Of a stretch of DNA of 39,765 bases, positions 23,234-33,975 are shown piece after piece; within the stretch, counting starts at the first letter, position 1; each line of letters opens with the position of its first letter. The translations under genes and the position numbers were made by a program. The notes below the pieces were generated by a model. The model had not been told where the DNA came from, searched no databases, and saw only the letters and a program-made list of their open reading frames with translations. The stretch covers positions 487,349-527,113 of the forward strand of contig NW_005434620.1 of the NCBI RefSeq assembly GCF_000315625.1, in the 5' to 3' direction. The DNA comes from Guillardia theta CCMP2712 (lineage: Eukaryota > Protista > Cryptophyta).

Positions 23234-24970
23234 GTATATATATATATTAACTTCGTGATTATAACATACTCTTACACTTTTTCTTCGTGATTATACCACA
23301 AAGAATACTACTATTATACTTAGTACCCTTTGCGTATGATAATATTCTCATATCATTACTCTAACAATTTCCTTATAACCTAGTAAAAGTTTAATATTCG
23401 CTATCAAACCCTTACACACTATAAATAGCCCGTTTATGGACTGTAAGTAATACCTATGTTATTTAATAATAAACTATATATAGAATATACACCATACTAA
23501 CAAGTCTTAGTAGTTATTCGTGTGTAGTCTTATAAAATTTCTTCGTGACTCAATTAGACTTATCCCCACACACTAAAACTAACCTCATTACACCTTTTAA
23601 CATCTTCAATTAATATACTTTCATTTCACATTACACCCTTATAATACTATAAAATCCCTTTCAAATCTAAATCTTACCATATTTCCATTATTGTGTTTAA
23701 AAATGATTTAATCTAATAAATAATTACTTATACCTTACTTAATTATGACCGATTCTATGGCACTCTTCTATAGATACCCCCATAATTATAAAAATATTTC
23801 TATCATTGACGATGATATCTCCAAAAATCTTAAACTTCTCTATCAACAAAACTATCAATCTAAATTTGAACACTCTAAAGAACATTCCATCGGTCAATAT
23901 TCCGGACCTAGTTCTTGGACAGAACAACTACAATATTATGATATTAACTCATATGATGATATCAAATCTATTCAATTTGATTCAATACCCTCTAAACCCC
24001 TTCATCCTGAATTAGGCAAAATCAGATTCATTAATAAATACACCTTCGGTATTGATACTGACGAAATTCAACATATACTTCTTAATAATCGTCTCACATT
24101 CCTTAAAATATTTCAATTCCGTATTGAAAATAATAAAGCAGTTGCTACCATTCTTAATGACCTTAAAGTCTTTCTCAAAATTATTAAAACAGTTCTCGGT
24201 GATGAACATGAACTCTCTCGTAAATATCAAAGACTTACCTATGACTTTGATTATATCATCGTCCGTCAAATTGAAGGAGATAACACCCTTAATCAAAAAG
24301 AAAAAGCCAATTGGATCTCTTTCCCTACTATCCTTCAACTTAGAGACTCCCTTGAACATGAATGGCGCACTCTACTACAAAATAAACCTATGCTTAAAGA
24401 TACTAAAGCTGCAGATAAACTCATTTGGACAAAACATTATGCTATGCTCTTACTCAGCTGTTATACTCTAACTCCCCCTGTACGCCGTGAGCTATTCGGA
24501 ATCAGATTTCAACAATTTGAAAATAATGACTTTGTCTATATTCCTCAAGATATTAACAAACCTGTTGAATATGTCCTTTATACTATCAAAAAACTTCATG
24601 AACCTATTCAATATCCTGTAGGGTATGACGAACAATCCAGTTATAAACTATCACAACTTATCCGAGAATCTTATCAACTCTATCCCAGAACATTCCTTTT
24701 CCCTACTGTCACTGATATCAATAAACAAGCACAACCTAATACTATAGCTCTGTACTTTCAAAAACATGTTTGTGATAAAGTATACCTCTCTATTAATATA
24801 ATTCGTTCCAGCTTCATCACCTGGAGAAATCAAAATCCTTATTATACATATAATCAACGTAAAGTTGATGCTAATAAAATGAGAGATGATATTCTTGTCC
24901 ATCTTCAATACTATAACAAAGTACTTGACCCTGAACTAACCAAACTCAAAGAACAACAAGAAACACGTGC
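23234..24970 (+). mobile_element. AT-rich foreign island (probable fragment of an endogenous virophage/Polinton-like virus or other tyrosine-recombinase element)
   Basis: Abrupt switch to AT-rich, G-poor sequence at a (TA)n run (23235-23247); intronless 1.2-kb reading frame; abrupt return to host spacer sequence near 24970. Confidence 0.7.
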
Positions 24971-25127
24971 CGGAGCAACCCCCCTATTGAGTTTTTCCAC
25001 CCCACCCCCTAGCCATCCCACACACCTACCCTATTGTACCCCCACCTACATCATTTTATCTGGCTACCTTGTATCCAGTGGCAGTACCCCTATATTGACC
25101 TTTCAAAGTACCCCTATGTTTGACTGA
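23745..25127 (+). CDS. Tyrosine recombinase/integrase-like protein (last about 50 aa are read-through into spacer DNA)
   Basis: Motifs in YR order and spacing: LLLSCYTLTPPVR (Arg I), YTIKK (Lys), LSQLIRESY...FLFP, SINIIRSSFIT (HxxR-like), ANKMRDD, LQYYNK (nucleophile Tyr). Confidence 0.75.
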   Translation: MTDSMALFYRYPHNYKNISIIDDDISKNLKLLYQQNYQSKFEHSKEHSIGQYSGPSSWTEQLQYYDINSYDDIKSIQFDSIPSKPLHPELGKIRFINKYTFGIDTDEIQHILLNNRLTFLKIFQFRIENNKAVATILNDLKVFLKIIKTVLGDEHELSRKYQRLTYDFDYIIVRQIEGDNTLNQKEKANWISFPTILQLRDSLEHEWRTLLQNKPMLKDTKAADKLIWTKHYAMLLLSCYTLTPPVRRELFGIRFQQFENNDFVYIPQDINKPVEYVLYTIKKLHEPIQYPVGYDEQSSYKLSQLIRESYQLYPRTFLFPTVTDINKQAQPNTIALYFQKHVCDKVYLSINIIRSSFITWRNQNPYYTYNQRKVDANKMRDDILVHLQYYNKVLDPELTKLKEQQETRAGATPLLSFSTPPPSHPTHLPYCTPTYIILSGYLVSSGSTPILTFQSTPMFD

Positions 25128-26100
25128 AACTCGTTTTACTGTACTACCCTACCCCCTTTGAATAGCACCTGAGAGTCCCCATATCACTAACACGACCTTG
25201 TCTGCGCGACCCACCCTGCAGAGATATATGATTATCAAAGTTGAAATTGAACTTTCTTTGAGAACTTTATATTTGAAAATTAGGAGAAGATTTCTAACTT
25301 CCGTATGTGAATCGGTCGATCCTACACCTCCGCTGTGACACCTTCAGGTACCCTACCATGATTACAGATAAAACCCTCTCGTTCACCATCCACCACCCCC
25401 TCTTTGTACTTCCAAATCACCCCTTTGATTATCACCCCACCACCCCACTCGACCGGAGATACAAGTTGATTATTATGAAATATCATAGTACTGATTTTTA
25501 ACTTAACTTCGAGTAAAGGAAATAGTACCGTACGCCACTGTCACTGCTGCCCGGGCCTGGCCCGGCCGGGCCCGGCCGGCGCGGCCGCGGGCCCGCAGCC
25601 GCGGCCCCGGCGGGATGACGCCGAACTTGAACGCGCGGCCCGGGCCTGCCGCAGTGCGGCCAGCGGCCTGCCACTGACTCCGACCGAGCCGTGTGACACT
25701 TTAACAGTTGGCAGTGCCGGCGGCCCGGCCCGGCCCGGGGCCCCGGCGCCAACCGTTGAACCGTTGAATTGAGAGCCGGGGCCCGGGGAGCCTGAGTCTA
25801 GCCGGGCCGCCACTGGCACAGGCTGGCCGCCTCGGACGGGCCACGCCGGTTGAAGTTAGGCCGAGGCGGTCCGACCGGGCCCGGGACTCCGGCCCTGATA
25901 CTCAGCCCGGCAAAGTTAAGCCGCTCAGTCACTGCGGCGGACTCGAGGCTGGCATGTGACTCCGAGTGACTCAGAGCGGCCAAGCCACCGATGCCGGGAC
26001 CGGGGGCCCCCGGTGAACTTCCGAGTTCAAGACTCGAGTCACCTGACTTTTTGTGAGCCGTGGCACGTGACGGGCGGCCGCCCTTGTGGCCTCCAGTGGG
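24970..26100 (-). repeat. Intergenic spacer module 6 (TACCC block, AACTT words, GC-palindromic block; mirror orientation of module 4)
   Basis: cctaccc/gtacccc/ccacccc 24975-25450; acttaacttcgag at about 25500; dense ccggg/ggccc/ccgcgg plus gactc/gagtc and aagtt/aactt 25530-26100. Confidence 0.6.
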
Positions 26101-26120
26101 TTGAGGGGGGATGAGGACCT

Positions 26121-27319
26121 TTAGAATTGCGCCTGTCTGAACTTGACCAACTTGGCAATGCTGCAACAGAAGACGAGAGGGGAGGAGAAGCGAGAGAGAG
26201 GGGGCGGGCGGGCGGGGGGGGGGGAGTGAGTAGAGACAGAGAGAGAGGATGAGGNNNNNNNNNNNNNNNNNNNNNNNNNNNNNNNNNNNNNNNNNNNNNN
26301 NNNNNNNNNNNNNNNNNNNNNNNNNNNNNNNNNNNNNNNNNNNNNNNNNNNNNNGCGGATCAGCAATGGTCTTCACTTTCTAGGGAGTCCAGATCCACCC
26401 ACCTCACCGAATGATCTTTGCTGTCGGCGACCAGCAGAAACTTCCCATCCAGGCTTATGGCAACGCCAGTGGGTTCGTAGAACTGTGCATTGGTACCAAT
26501 ACCATCATTCAAACCCGAGACCCCATTCCCAACAAGATCATGACACGTATCTGGAATCTGCCAGTCCACATGCTTGATCGAGTGGTGGGACTTACCGCCA
26601 ATATAGGCATGGCTCCCAACTAGGTCCAACCCAGCGGGAATCATCGTTGGAGACCCCGCCGGGACAGCCACGATGGAACTCACAGCTCCCGTCTGGAGGT
26701 TGATCTTTCGCATGTGATCCGTGTCGACAACAACAAGAGCGAGGGAGGGAGGGAGAGAGAGAGAGGAAAGGAGAAAAAGAGAAAGGAGATGAGGAGAGAT
26801 AGAGGGGAGGGGATGAGGAAAGGAGTAGAGAGAGGTGGGAGGGGAGAGGAGGGGATGAGGAGGGGAGGGGTCCACGGGAAAGACAGGCAAGCTCAGCATC
26901 AGATGGGACAGGAGACGGAAGAAGGAAGTAGCAGAGGAGGGGTCCACGGGAAAGACAGGCAAGCTCAGCATCAGATGGGACAGGAGACGGAAGAAGGAAG
27001 TAGCAGAGGAGAGAGGGGCAGGCAGGAAGAAAAATGGATAGACTGCGTACAATTTGTTTCGAAGTTGTGTTGAGCAGATGTTTTAAATCATTGTCTGTGT
27101 ATTGATAGTTGCTCACGCTTTACTTCTCTGCGCAGAACAGCAGATATCATGTCGATTCTTCAATTTCTTTGCTTCTTCCTTTTCGTTTTCTCCCTTCCCA
27201 CACTTGCATTGCGGCCCTCCAGGCTTCCTGCTCCGAAAGGCTCTGCGGCACCCAAGCACTACGAGGACATCCATCCTCTGAGGTTTGTTCATATCTTCGG
27301 CAAACATACGCACTGGCAC
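26121..27319 (-). CDS. NHL-repeat (beta-propeller) protein, partial, interrupted by an N gap
   Basis: LVGNGVSGLNDGIGTNAQFYEPTGVAISLDGKFLLVADSKDHSVRWVDL is a typical NHL repeat; also DTDHMRKINLQTGAVSSI. Exon structure incomplete. Confidence 0.75.
26865..27011. repeat. Exact 72-bp tandem duplication
   Basis: ggggtccacgggaaagacaggcaagctcagcatcagatgggacaggagacggaagaaggaagtagcagagga occurs twice (tccacggg at 26871 and 26943). Confidence 0.95.
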
Positions 27320-27456
27320 TGATCTGCCGAGACGTTCGTCGACAAGACTTGTGACTATTGTTGATAATCTTTCGTGTGAAGTTGTGATGCGTTGGTCTAG
27401 TAAACTCTTATAACTTGACCTTCATATATGCACATAACATCTATCTTACAAATCAC

Positions 27457-30400
27457 TTATGCAATCGGGCTGTTTTGACTCTCCGTCACTTGCACGTCTT
27501 GCTCTAATTTGAGTTCTCCGATCTTCAAGCTCAGCTCCGTCTCGATCAAGTCAATCAACGGCGCTTCTCTGTTGCTCCTCCTCTTCCTCCTGTTGCTCTC
27601 CATCGCAACCTGCCGCAGTTCTGTCCTCATTTCGGCCATGCTCTCCTTGATCATGCCCCTGATCCCGCTCATCTCCTCATGAATCTTCTCCTCTACGCGC
27701 TTCATCAACTGAGCCTGCTGCTTGCAAGCCTTGGCAGCGACCTCGTGAGGCTCCATCCAGTATGCCTCGAACACGCCGCTGCCTCTCCGGTCTGAGCTGT
27801 GTGTCGTCGCTCCTAAGCTCTGATCGATCCGCTCCATATTGATCATCATTTCCTTTATCGCCGCGAGGAGGACCTCGATCTCCACCGACGACTCAAGGTG
27901 CATGATGGCGTCTGTCACCTTCCTCATGGTGAAGGTGCGCAGCTGCCCGACGATGATGGAGTGGAACTGCGGGAACCCGAGCTCCCAGTCGTCGTTGCAG
28001 AGCTTCCTCCCCTTGGTCAGCCTGTCAAAGTCGTCCTCTGTGAACTTGAGGTGGCTCGAGGGGTCGATCTTGTGCAGCCCGTCCGCCAGCTCCGAGTAGG
28101 AGATCGAGCCCGTCCTATCCACGTCAAGTAGGTCGAAGAGCTTCGCGATCTGATATTGCAAGTCGTCCGTGCTGTCGTACTGCAGGCGCTCAAGGAGAAT
28201 GTCGAGCGGGAAGGCGTCGTCCGCTCGCATCTGCATCGCTGCGGCCTTTGCACACTCCTCCCGATCCTGACGCGTCGCCCCGAAGAAGTTCTCGAGGAGG
28301 ACAGCGACCATGACCTGTGGGTTCGAGTGAGCCTGGCGAGGAAGGCGAGAGGAGGAGGGAGGAGGACGAGGATGGAGGACGAGGGAGGAGGGGGAGGGGG
28401 AAGGAGAAACCTGCAAAGAAGCAGAGGCAGCACAGGAAGGGAGAGGGCATGAGGTGACAAGAGGAAATGATAACGAGGGCGAGAGAGCGAGCAGGTAGCA
28501 GGAGATAGGTAGATCAAGGAAGGCAGGAGGGAGGAAAAGGCAGGAGGGAGGAAAACCTGGAGTAGGACGAGGACAACGATGCAAACGTAGCTGCACACGT
28601 AGGTGACGACGATAGGGTCCACTTGATCAGTCACTGGATCGAAGGGAGGCAATTTGTCGTCGGGCCAGCTGGAAGAAGAGGTCAGATTCTGAAGAGGAGG
28701 AGGACGAGGAGGGGGAATCGAGGCAAAGGGGGCAGGGATCGGCATAAGGAGCTTCACTCACTATCCATATGCGATGACGGCAAACATGGTGTAGTAGGCC
28801 TGAAAGAAAGTCCCTGTTGGCAGGGTGAGGAGTCGCCGTTTGCACTAACAACGGAGGGAGAGGAGGAGGAGGAGGAGGAGGAGGAGGAGGAGGAGGAGGC
28901 GGGAGGGGAGGAGAGGCAGAGGGGTTGGAGGTGGAGGACACGGCGGTGGAAGGTGGTGGAAGGCGCCGTCTCGTCTAGCGCTCACCAAACTCCTTCGGCG
29001 CCTTCTCCCCGAAGACCTCGACGCCGAGGGTGCAGTAGATGGCGATGACGATGATGCCGATGATGAAGGCCTGGGTGACGGGGATGATGCTGCTGACGAT
29101 GGCATGGATGATGCTCCTTAGCTGCCGCAGCCTCCCGAAGATGCGGATCACGCGGAAAGTTCGCAGGATCCTCAGGTGCTTCACCCCCGGAAGTTCCGAC
29201 AGGCCGAGCTGGATCAGTGAGACGGTTATGATGGTGAGGTCGAACCAGCACCTGTAACGAGAACATCTCAGTGAGGCGTTGGGGAGGGCGAGGGAAGGGA
29301 GAGAGCGGGGAGACAAATTTATGGAGGAGGGCAGGAGAGGGAGGAGGAGGCAGAGAGCGAGAAGGGAGAAGCGAAGAACGGGATCGAGGCTATATGGGAA
29401 GGGATTAAACCAAGCATCATGCACGAAGCGCCAGAAGAACCTTCCGAATATGTTGATTGCAAGCTCTGATGCAATTTGTCAGCACTTGAAGTTGCGACGA
29501 GGCGCAGCAGCGGGAGGGGATCCGGCCTCACCTATTGTGAAGATGATGGTGAACGCCAAGTCTACGAGCTGGAACTGGTTGTCAAGGTCAGACCCAGCCT
29601 GTGGTCTGATCTGCGTCTGTGCGATGATCAAGAAGAAGTTGGCAATGATGAGTGCCGCCATCACGCCCTGAAAGTAGATCGAATCCAACATGAGGCATGC
29701 CCTGTGCTGCCAGATGTCGATCCAATGTTTCTTGCTGTACTCCGACCTCTTTTCCTTAGCCGTGGATGCAATGATGTCCACCCAGTCGTGGACGGAGGCA
29801 TTGTTGGGTAGGAAGAAGAAGAAAGCTCTCCCCGAGTTGTATCCATCCGGTATCGTCTCGATCTCCATGACCTCTCCATTGTCGCGCTGCAAGTAGCGGG
29901 TCGCAGCGACTCTGGAGTATCCAGGGAGAATGACCTCCTCTACCTCTTCTGCCTCCTTGAGACACTCGAGCCCTTCGTGATTTGAGTTATGACGCGAGGA
30001 ACTCACACCCGCGTTCACTGACTTGATCTTCAAGCCGGTTGCGAAGGGGCTCCATCGCCTGTCCTGATTCTTGTGCTTCAGGAAAGGGTTCTGAAGAACG
30101 CGGTTGACTGTGACGATCTCTTCCGTCGGGATGCTATCCACGATCTCGACCTGTTCGTTTGCTAAAAGATAGTTGCCGTGCTCCTTCAAGACCTTTGTCC
30201 ATCGCTTCATGTCTTGATGGCTCTCGCAATTGAAGTAAACGATCGGTCGATTGTACGCATCGTTGATCTTGATCGCAAATGGAAACCCTTCCACCGCATC
30301 GTCTTCATCAGAGAGCCGACAGCCCAGCACGTTGAGCCTGAAGAAAGGCTTTTTTAGTCGTCGAAAGTCATCCTCAGTCTCATAGCACTCAAAATTCCCT

Positions 30401-30774
30401 GAACGCAGCACAGAGTAGCAGTTCTGCCACTTGTCTGCGCTCGGCTGGACATTTACAGCCATGTTTCCGTATGCATGGGGGAACCAAGATTTCGAGAGGG
30501 CGATGTAGAGCCTGTCTTGCGTCAAGATCAACCTTCTCCGCACCCAGTCTCCATGACAGTCGAGTTTGTCGGCGGTGTCGTCACGAATTCGCGACTCCTG
30601 GGGCACTGCGCTGGCCATCATTTCATCTTCACAGAAGAACTTGAAGCTCGAGAACGATCCTGATTTCATCAAGTTCCTTGCCCTTCTGATCCCATCCTTG
30701 TTGCCGTTTGCAGCTGCTGGCTTTGATCCAGAGCCTGTCCTGTTCAAGTGAACTGCTGCACCTGCAGCAAACAT
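27457..30774 (-). CDS. Single-domain (6TM) voltage-gated cation channel with N-terminal PH domains and C-terminal EF-hand/coiled coil
   Basis: S1 YFQGVMAALIIANFFLIIAQT; S2 VDLAFTIIFTI|ELAINIF; S3 WFDLTIITVSLI; S4 KHLRILRTFRVIRIFGRLRQLR; S5 AFIIGIIVIAIYCTLGVEVF; P-loop FGTFFQAYYTMFAVIAYGYWPD; S6 SYVCIVVLVLLQ|VMVAVLLENF; EF-hand DVDRTGSISYSEL; PH motifs KWQNCYSVLR...DMKRWTKVL. First in-frame ATG at 30774. Confidence 0.9.
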
Positions 30775-30776
30775 CG

Positions 30777-30826
30777 TTGCAATCTCTGTTTGCAATCTCT
30801 GTTTGCAATCTCTGTTTGCAATCTCT
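30777..30826. repeat. 13-bp tandem repeat (ttgcaatctctgt), about 3.8 copies, just 5' of the channel ATG
   Basis: ttgcaatctctgt ttgcaatctctgt ttgcaatctctgt ttgcaatctct. Confidence 0.9.
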
Positions 30827-31089
30827 CGCTCAAGCGAGGAGCTCCAGTCAATCACGAGTGAGACCTCTCTTCATGTCAGCAAAGCTGTGAATGTCGGCGA
30901 TCTACGAGCTGATTGCACCCGCAACACCTCAAATGTTACGAGAAGTTCAAGGTAGAATCAAGTCCAGCCATAGAGTTTGGTAATCACTGCCATGAACAGA
31001 ACGAAGTGGACTGGAGTGAGTGATGGCCAATGGCAGCGTGAGGGAGGAGGAGGAGGAGGAGGAGGAGGAGCAGTTGGGGAGGGGGAGTG

Positions 31090-31500
31090 GGGGAGGGAGG
31101 GTGGTCGGTCGAGGGTAGGGATTGTCCGGGGGAGAGAGGATTCGGTGCTGCTCGGGGCAAGTAAATCTTCTGAGGGGGTAGGGTGAATCACCCCACCAGT
31201 AAGAGGAAAAGTTGATTTTTTCTTGCGGGAGATCTATCTCAAGACTTCCATTTTCTCGATAAACGTAATAAGTAAAATGGAGATAGATTATGCCTTACAG
31301 TCTTCACACAGGCCTTTGATGGTAGTCGGGGGGTAGTCCTATCCCTCTATAAGTTGCTAGTAGTTCTCCATGCCACCAAGGGTGCAGAGGATATCTTTCA
31401 ACTCCGAAGTAGGGGTGGTCATTATAGACCCCACCCCTACCTTTCCACTGTGAAAAGGTGGGAGAGATAGGGGAGGTCCACTGTGGGTGGGGTTTCGTGA
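31090..31500 (+). repeat. Intergenic spacer module 7 (GGGGTA-type)
   Basis: gagggtaggg, gggggtagggtg, ggggggtagtcc, ccccacccctacc. Confidence 0.45.
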
Positions 31501-31559
31501 CTTTCGGAAGTCATATCAAGGAGAAGAAAAAAAAAAAGAGGCGGGGAGTAAAGTATGGT

Positions 31560-32990
31560 TGGAACCGACGTGCGCCAAGGTGGTTGTGAGCTCGACATCA
31601 GAGCAGAGGGCAAGAGATCATGGTGCTTGTATTCATATGGACCCGGGCCTGACTGAATCAATACACGACACAGAGTACAGTGATGTGATTTCAGGTGTTC
31701 AAGACCACTGGAAGTTGTAAAGGTCGCAGGATGCTTCTTTGGCTAAGAAGTGGACATTACCAGACCAGGACTCACGGACTGTAGCCGGGGAAAGATCGTG
31801 AAAAGATGATCGGAATGGAATGATTGACAGTCTGGTGTCAGTGCGAGATAAACGCTGTGCCGAGCAAGAATCCACCCACAGGTGGATGGAATGCTCGCCA
31901 GGCTTTCAAGGAGCCCATAGTTCAGATGTAGCACTGCTGGACCATGAGACTGTTTCCGGAAATCACCACGACAAACCTTCACATGTATGGAACAGACAGT
32001 AATGTGAAAATGATGTCATCACCAAGCACTGCTCATTAAAAACATTTTGCTTCCTTTACCATAATTGCACCATGATTTGTGGTTTTAACTACTTAAGTTT
32101 GGAAGCATAAAGAAAGAGCTACAGTTTAAAAATGTGGAAGAATTGCTCTACCTCTCTATCCCTTGAATACTCTATAATTTAGTTAGCGAACCAGGAGGCA
32201 TATTCCTCAGGAGTGATGATATCGGGGTTGCCGTGCCTGAAACAAAGATGTCAAACATCCACTAGCAAACGATTCGAGCAGGTCTTGCTTACTGAAAAGG
32301 GGTGGTCTCCGGCTCGCAGTTGGCGACCTCCATGTCTGGCTCAGCATAGACGTTGTAGTCCCATGCAGGATACTCGTAAAGGCCGAGAAAGCGAGCTGTA
32401 CATTAAGTCAGTCAGGGGTAGTACAACCAGGAAGCGTCAATGTAAATCCGCGTGACGAATGAAAACAAACAGCGATAGTATTCATCATTCCCCTTCGTAG
32501 AGGAGGAGCTGCTACGTCGATATTGGAAAATCTCATGAAACTTTGTGATGCTGGGAGAGGAAACGACCGAACGCTAGCAGTCTTGTGAAACGGACATTGA
32601 AGCAACCCAACACAAGCATATCGTTTGTAAGAGACGCCATTCAAAACACGCACAAGACACAACGATTGGGTGTAAAGTCGAAGTCCAAGCGCCAGGGTGA
32701 CTCGCGTGAACATCATCACATAGCAGGTGACAGCGTTGATGACAGAGGAAGCAAGCTTGAGATCATTCAGCAACAAACTCAAATATACAGCATGAATCAA
32801 ATAAATGTGTTCCTTTCCATGATGACAAACTGTCAATAGGGAAAATGCGAGAATCACATTCTGAGAGCATGTATCGTGACAATTGCTGGAGACAAAGCTG
32901 GTCCAAAAAAAAGCGACATAGCAGCGGGCGAAAGAATATCACATTGAAGGCAATAGTGAAGACTAAATGAGACAAGGCTGAAATTCATGT
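31560..32990. other. Possible hypothetical multi-exon gene, strand unresolved
   Basis: Non-repetitive, gene-like composition with several short ORFs on both strands; no motif recognised. Confidence 0.2.
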
Positions 32991-33189
32991 TCGGAGATCA
33001 GGGAAGCGAAAACAATGGACTTGGGATGAAGCGAGGGCTACGGGAAGAGGGAGTGGAAGGGTTGGAGTGCGGCGATAGAAAGGAATCTTGGCTGCCCACT
33101 GTGCATACCGGGGATGAGCTTGGTGAGCATGCTTTGCGAAGAGTCAAGGCGAAGGGGTTTTCAAAAACTACTTGTATGATTGATAAAAT

Positions 33190-33720
33190 AGAATGTACGG
33201 ATGCTTTTGAAAAATATTATTAAACACTACCAGATAGTGATTGATATAGTAAAATTTGTATGAAATATAATATAGTTAATTATTTTAAAACCCAGTTCCA
33301 GAAGTCCGCTGTCGGGTTCGAGTGCCCGGGCCCGATGACCCGGGCCCCAAAAAAAAATGCGTAAAAGTAAAATAAAAAGAAACAATCATTGCTCTGAGGG
33401 GAACCTGCAACCCGGTGGTATGCCCCCTACCACTGATACCCCCTTGCTGGGTCTAGGATCATAGGAAGGAGCTGCACCCACCCCTAGTTTCCCCAACATT
33501 CCCTAGCAGGGGTACCTGTGTGAGGAGATGGAGTAAAGCAAAGTTGGAAGGCGCATAGGGGTAGGGTAGGTAGGGTGGTTGTGGGTCGAAATGGACTCAA
33601 AGTAGGGGGTACTTAATGTCGAGGAGTGGGGTGTAAAATGGTATGGAGGGGTGGGAGGGTGGACGAAAAGGCTCATCGCTCAGTATATGCGATGTACGCG
33701 AGTAGGGGAAATTCGGGTAT
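33190..33720 (+). repeat. Intergenic spacer module 8 (AT block, short GC palindromes, GGGGTA block)
   Basis: AT-rich 33190-33290; gcccgggccc and cccgggcccc at 33324-33348; ggggtacc, ggggtagggtaggtagggtgg, gggggtac to about 33720. Confidence 0.5.
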
Positions 33721-33975
33721 GGATCGAGCGGAGGGCGAATAGATGGGAGAGAGAAGGAAAGATTCATTGAAGACGAAACATACAAGCTGAAGAAGAGAAG
33801 AAAACAGGAAGGCCAGTTATGAGAGATACAACAATGATTGGAGGTTTAATGATGCTGAAGAATCAAAACGAATTTCAGAAAGAAAATGTCCAACAACCAT
33901 AGCGCTCAGCCATTCCGTCACAATTGATCAACCAGAAGATAACTTGAATTTGACTCTGATTCTCAACACCCACGC

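Noticed and set aside
25498-26376. Gly/Pro/Arg-rich ORFs in spacer modules
   Set aside because: They arise from stop-poor GC palindromic DNA and show no protein-like features.
26355-26390. Apparent frameshift in the NHL gene (LDSLE / VKTIA) suggesting a pseudogene
   Set aside because: One extra A within about 25 nt of an N gap; more likely a low-quality contig-end error.
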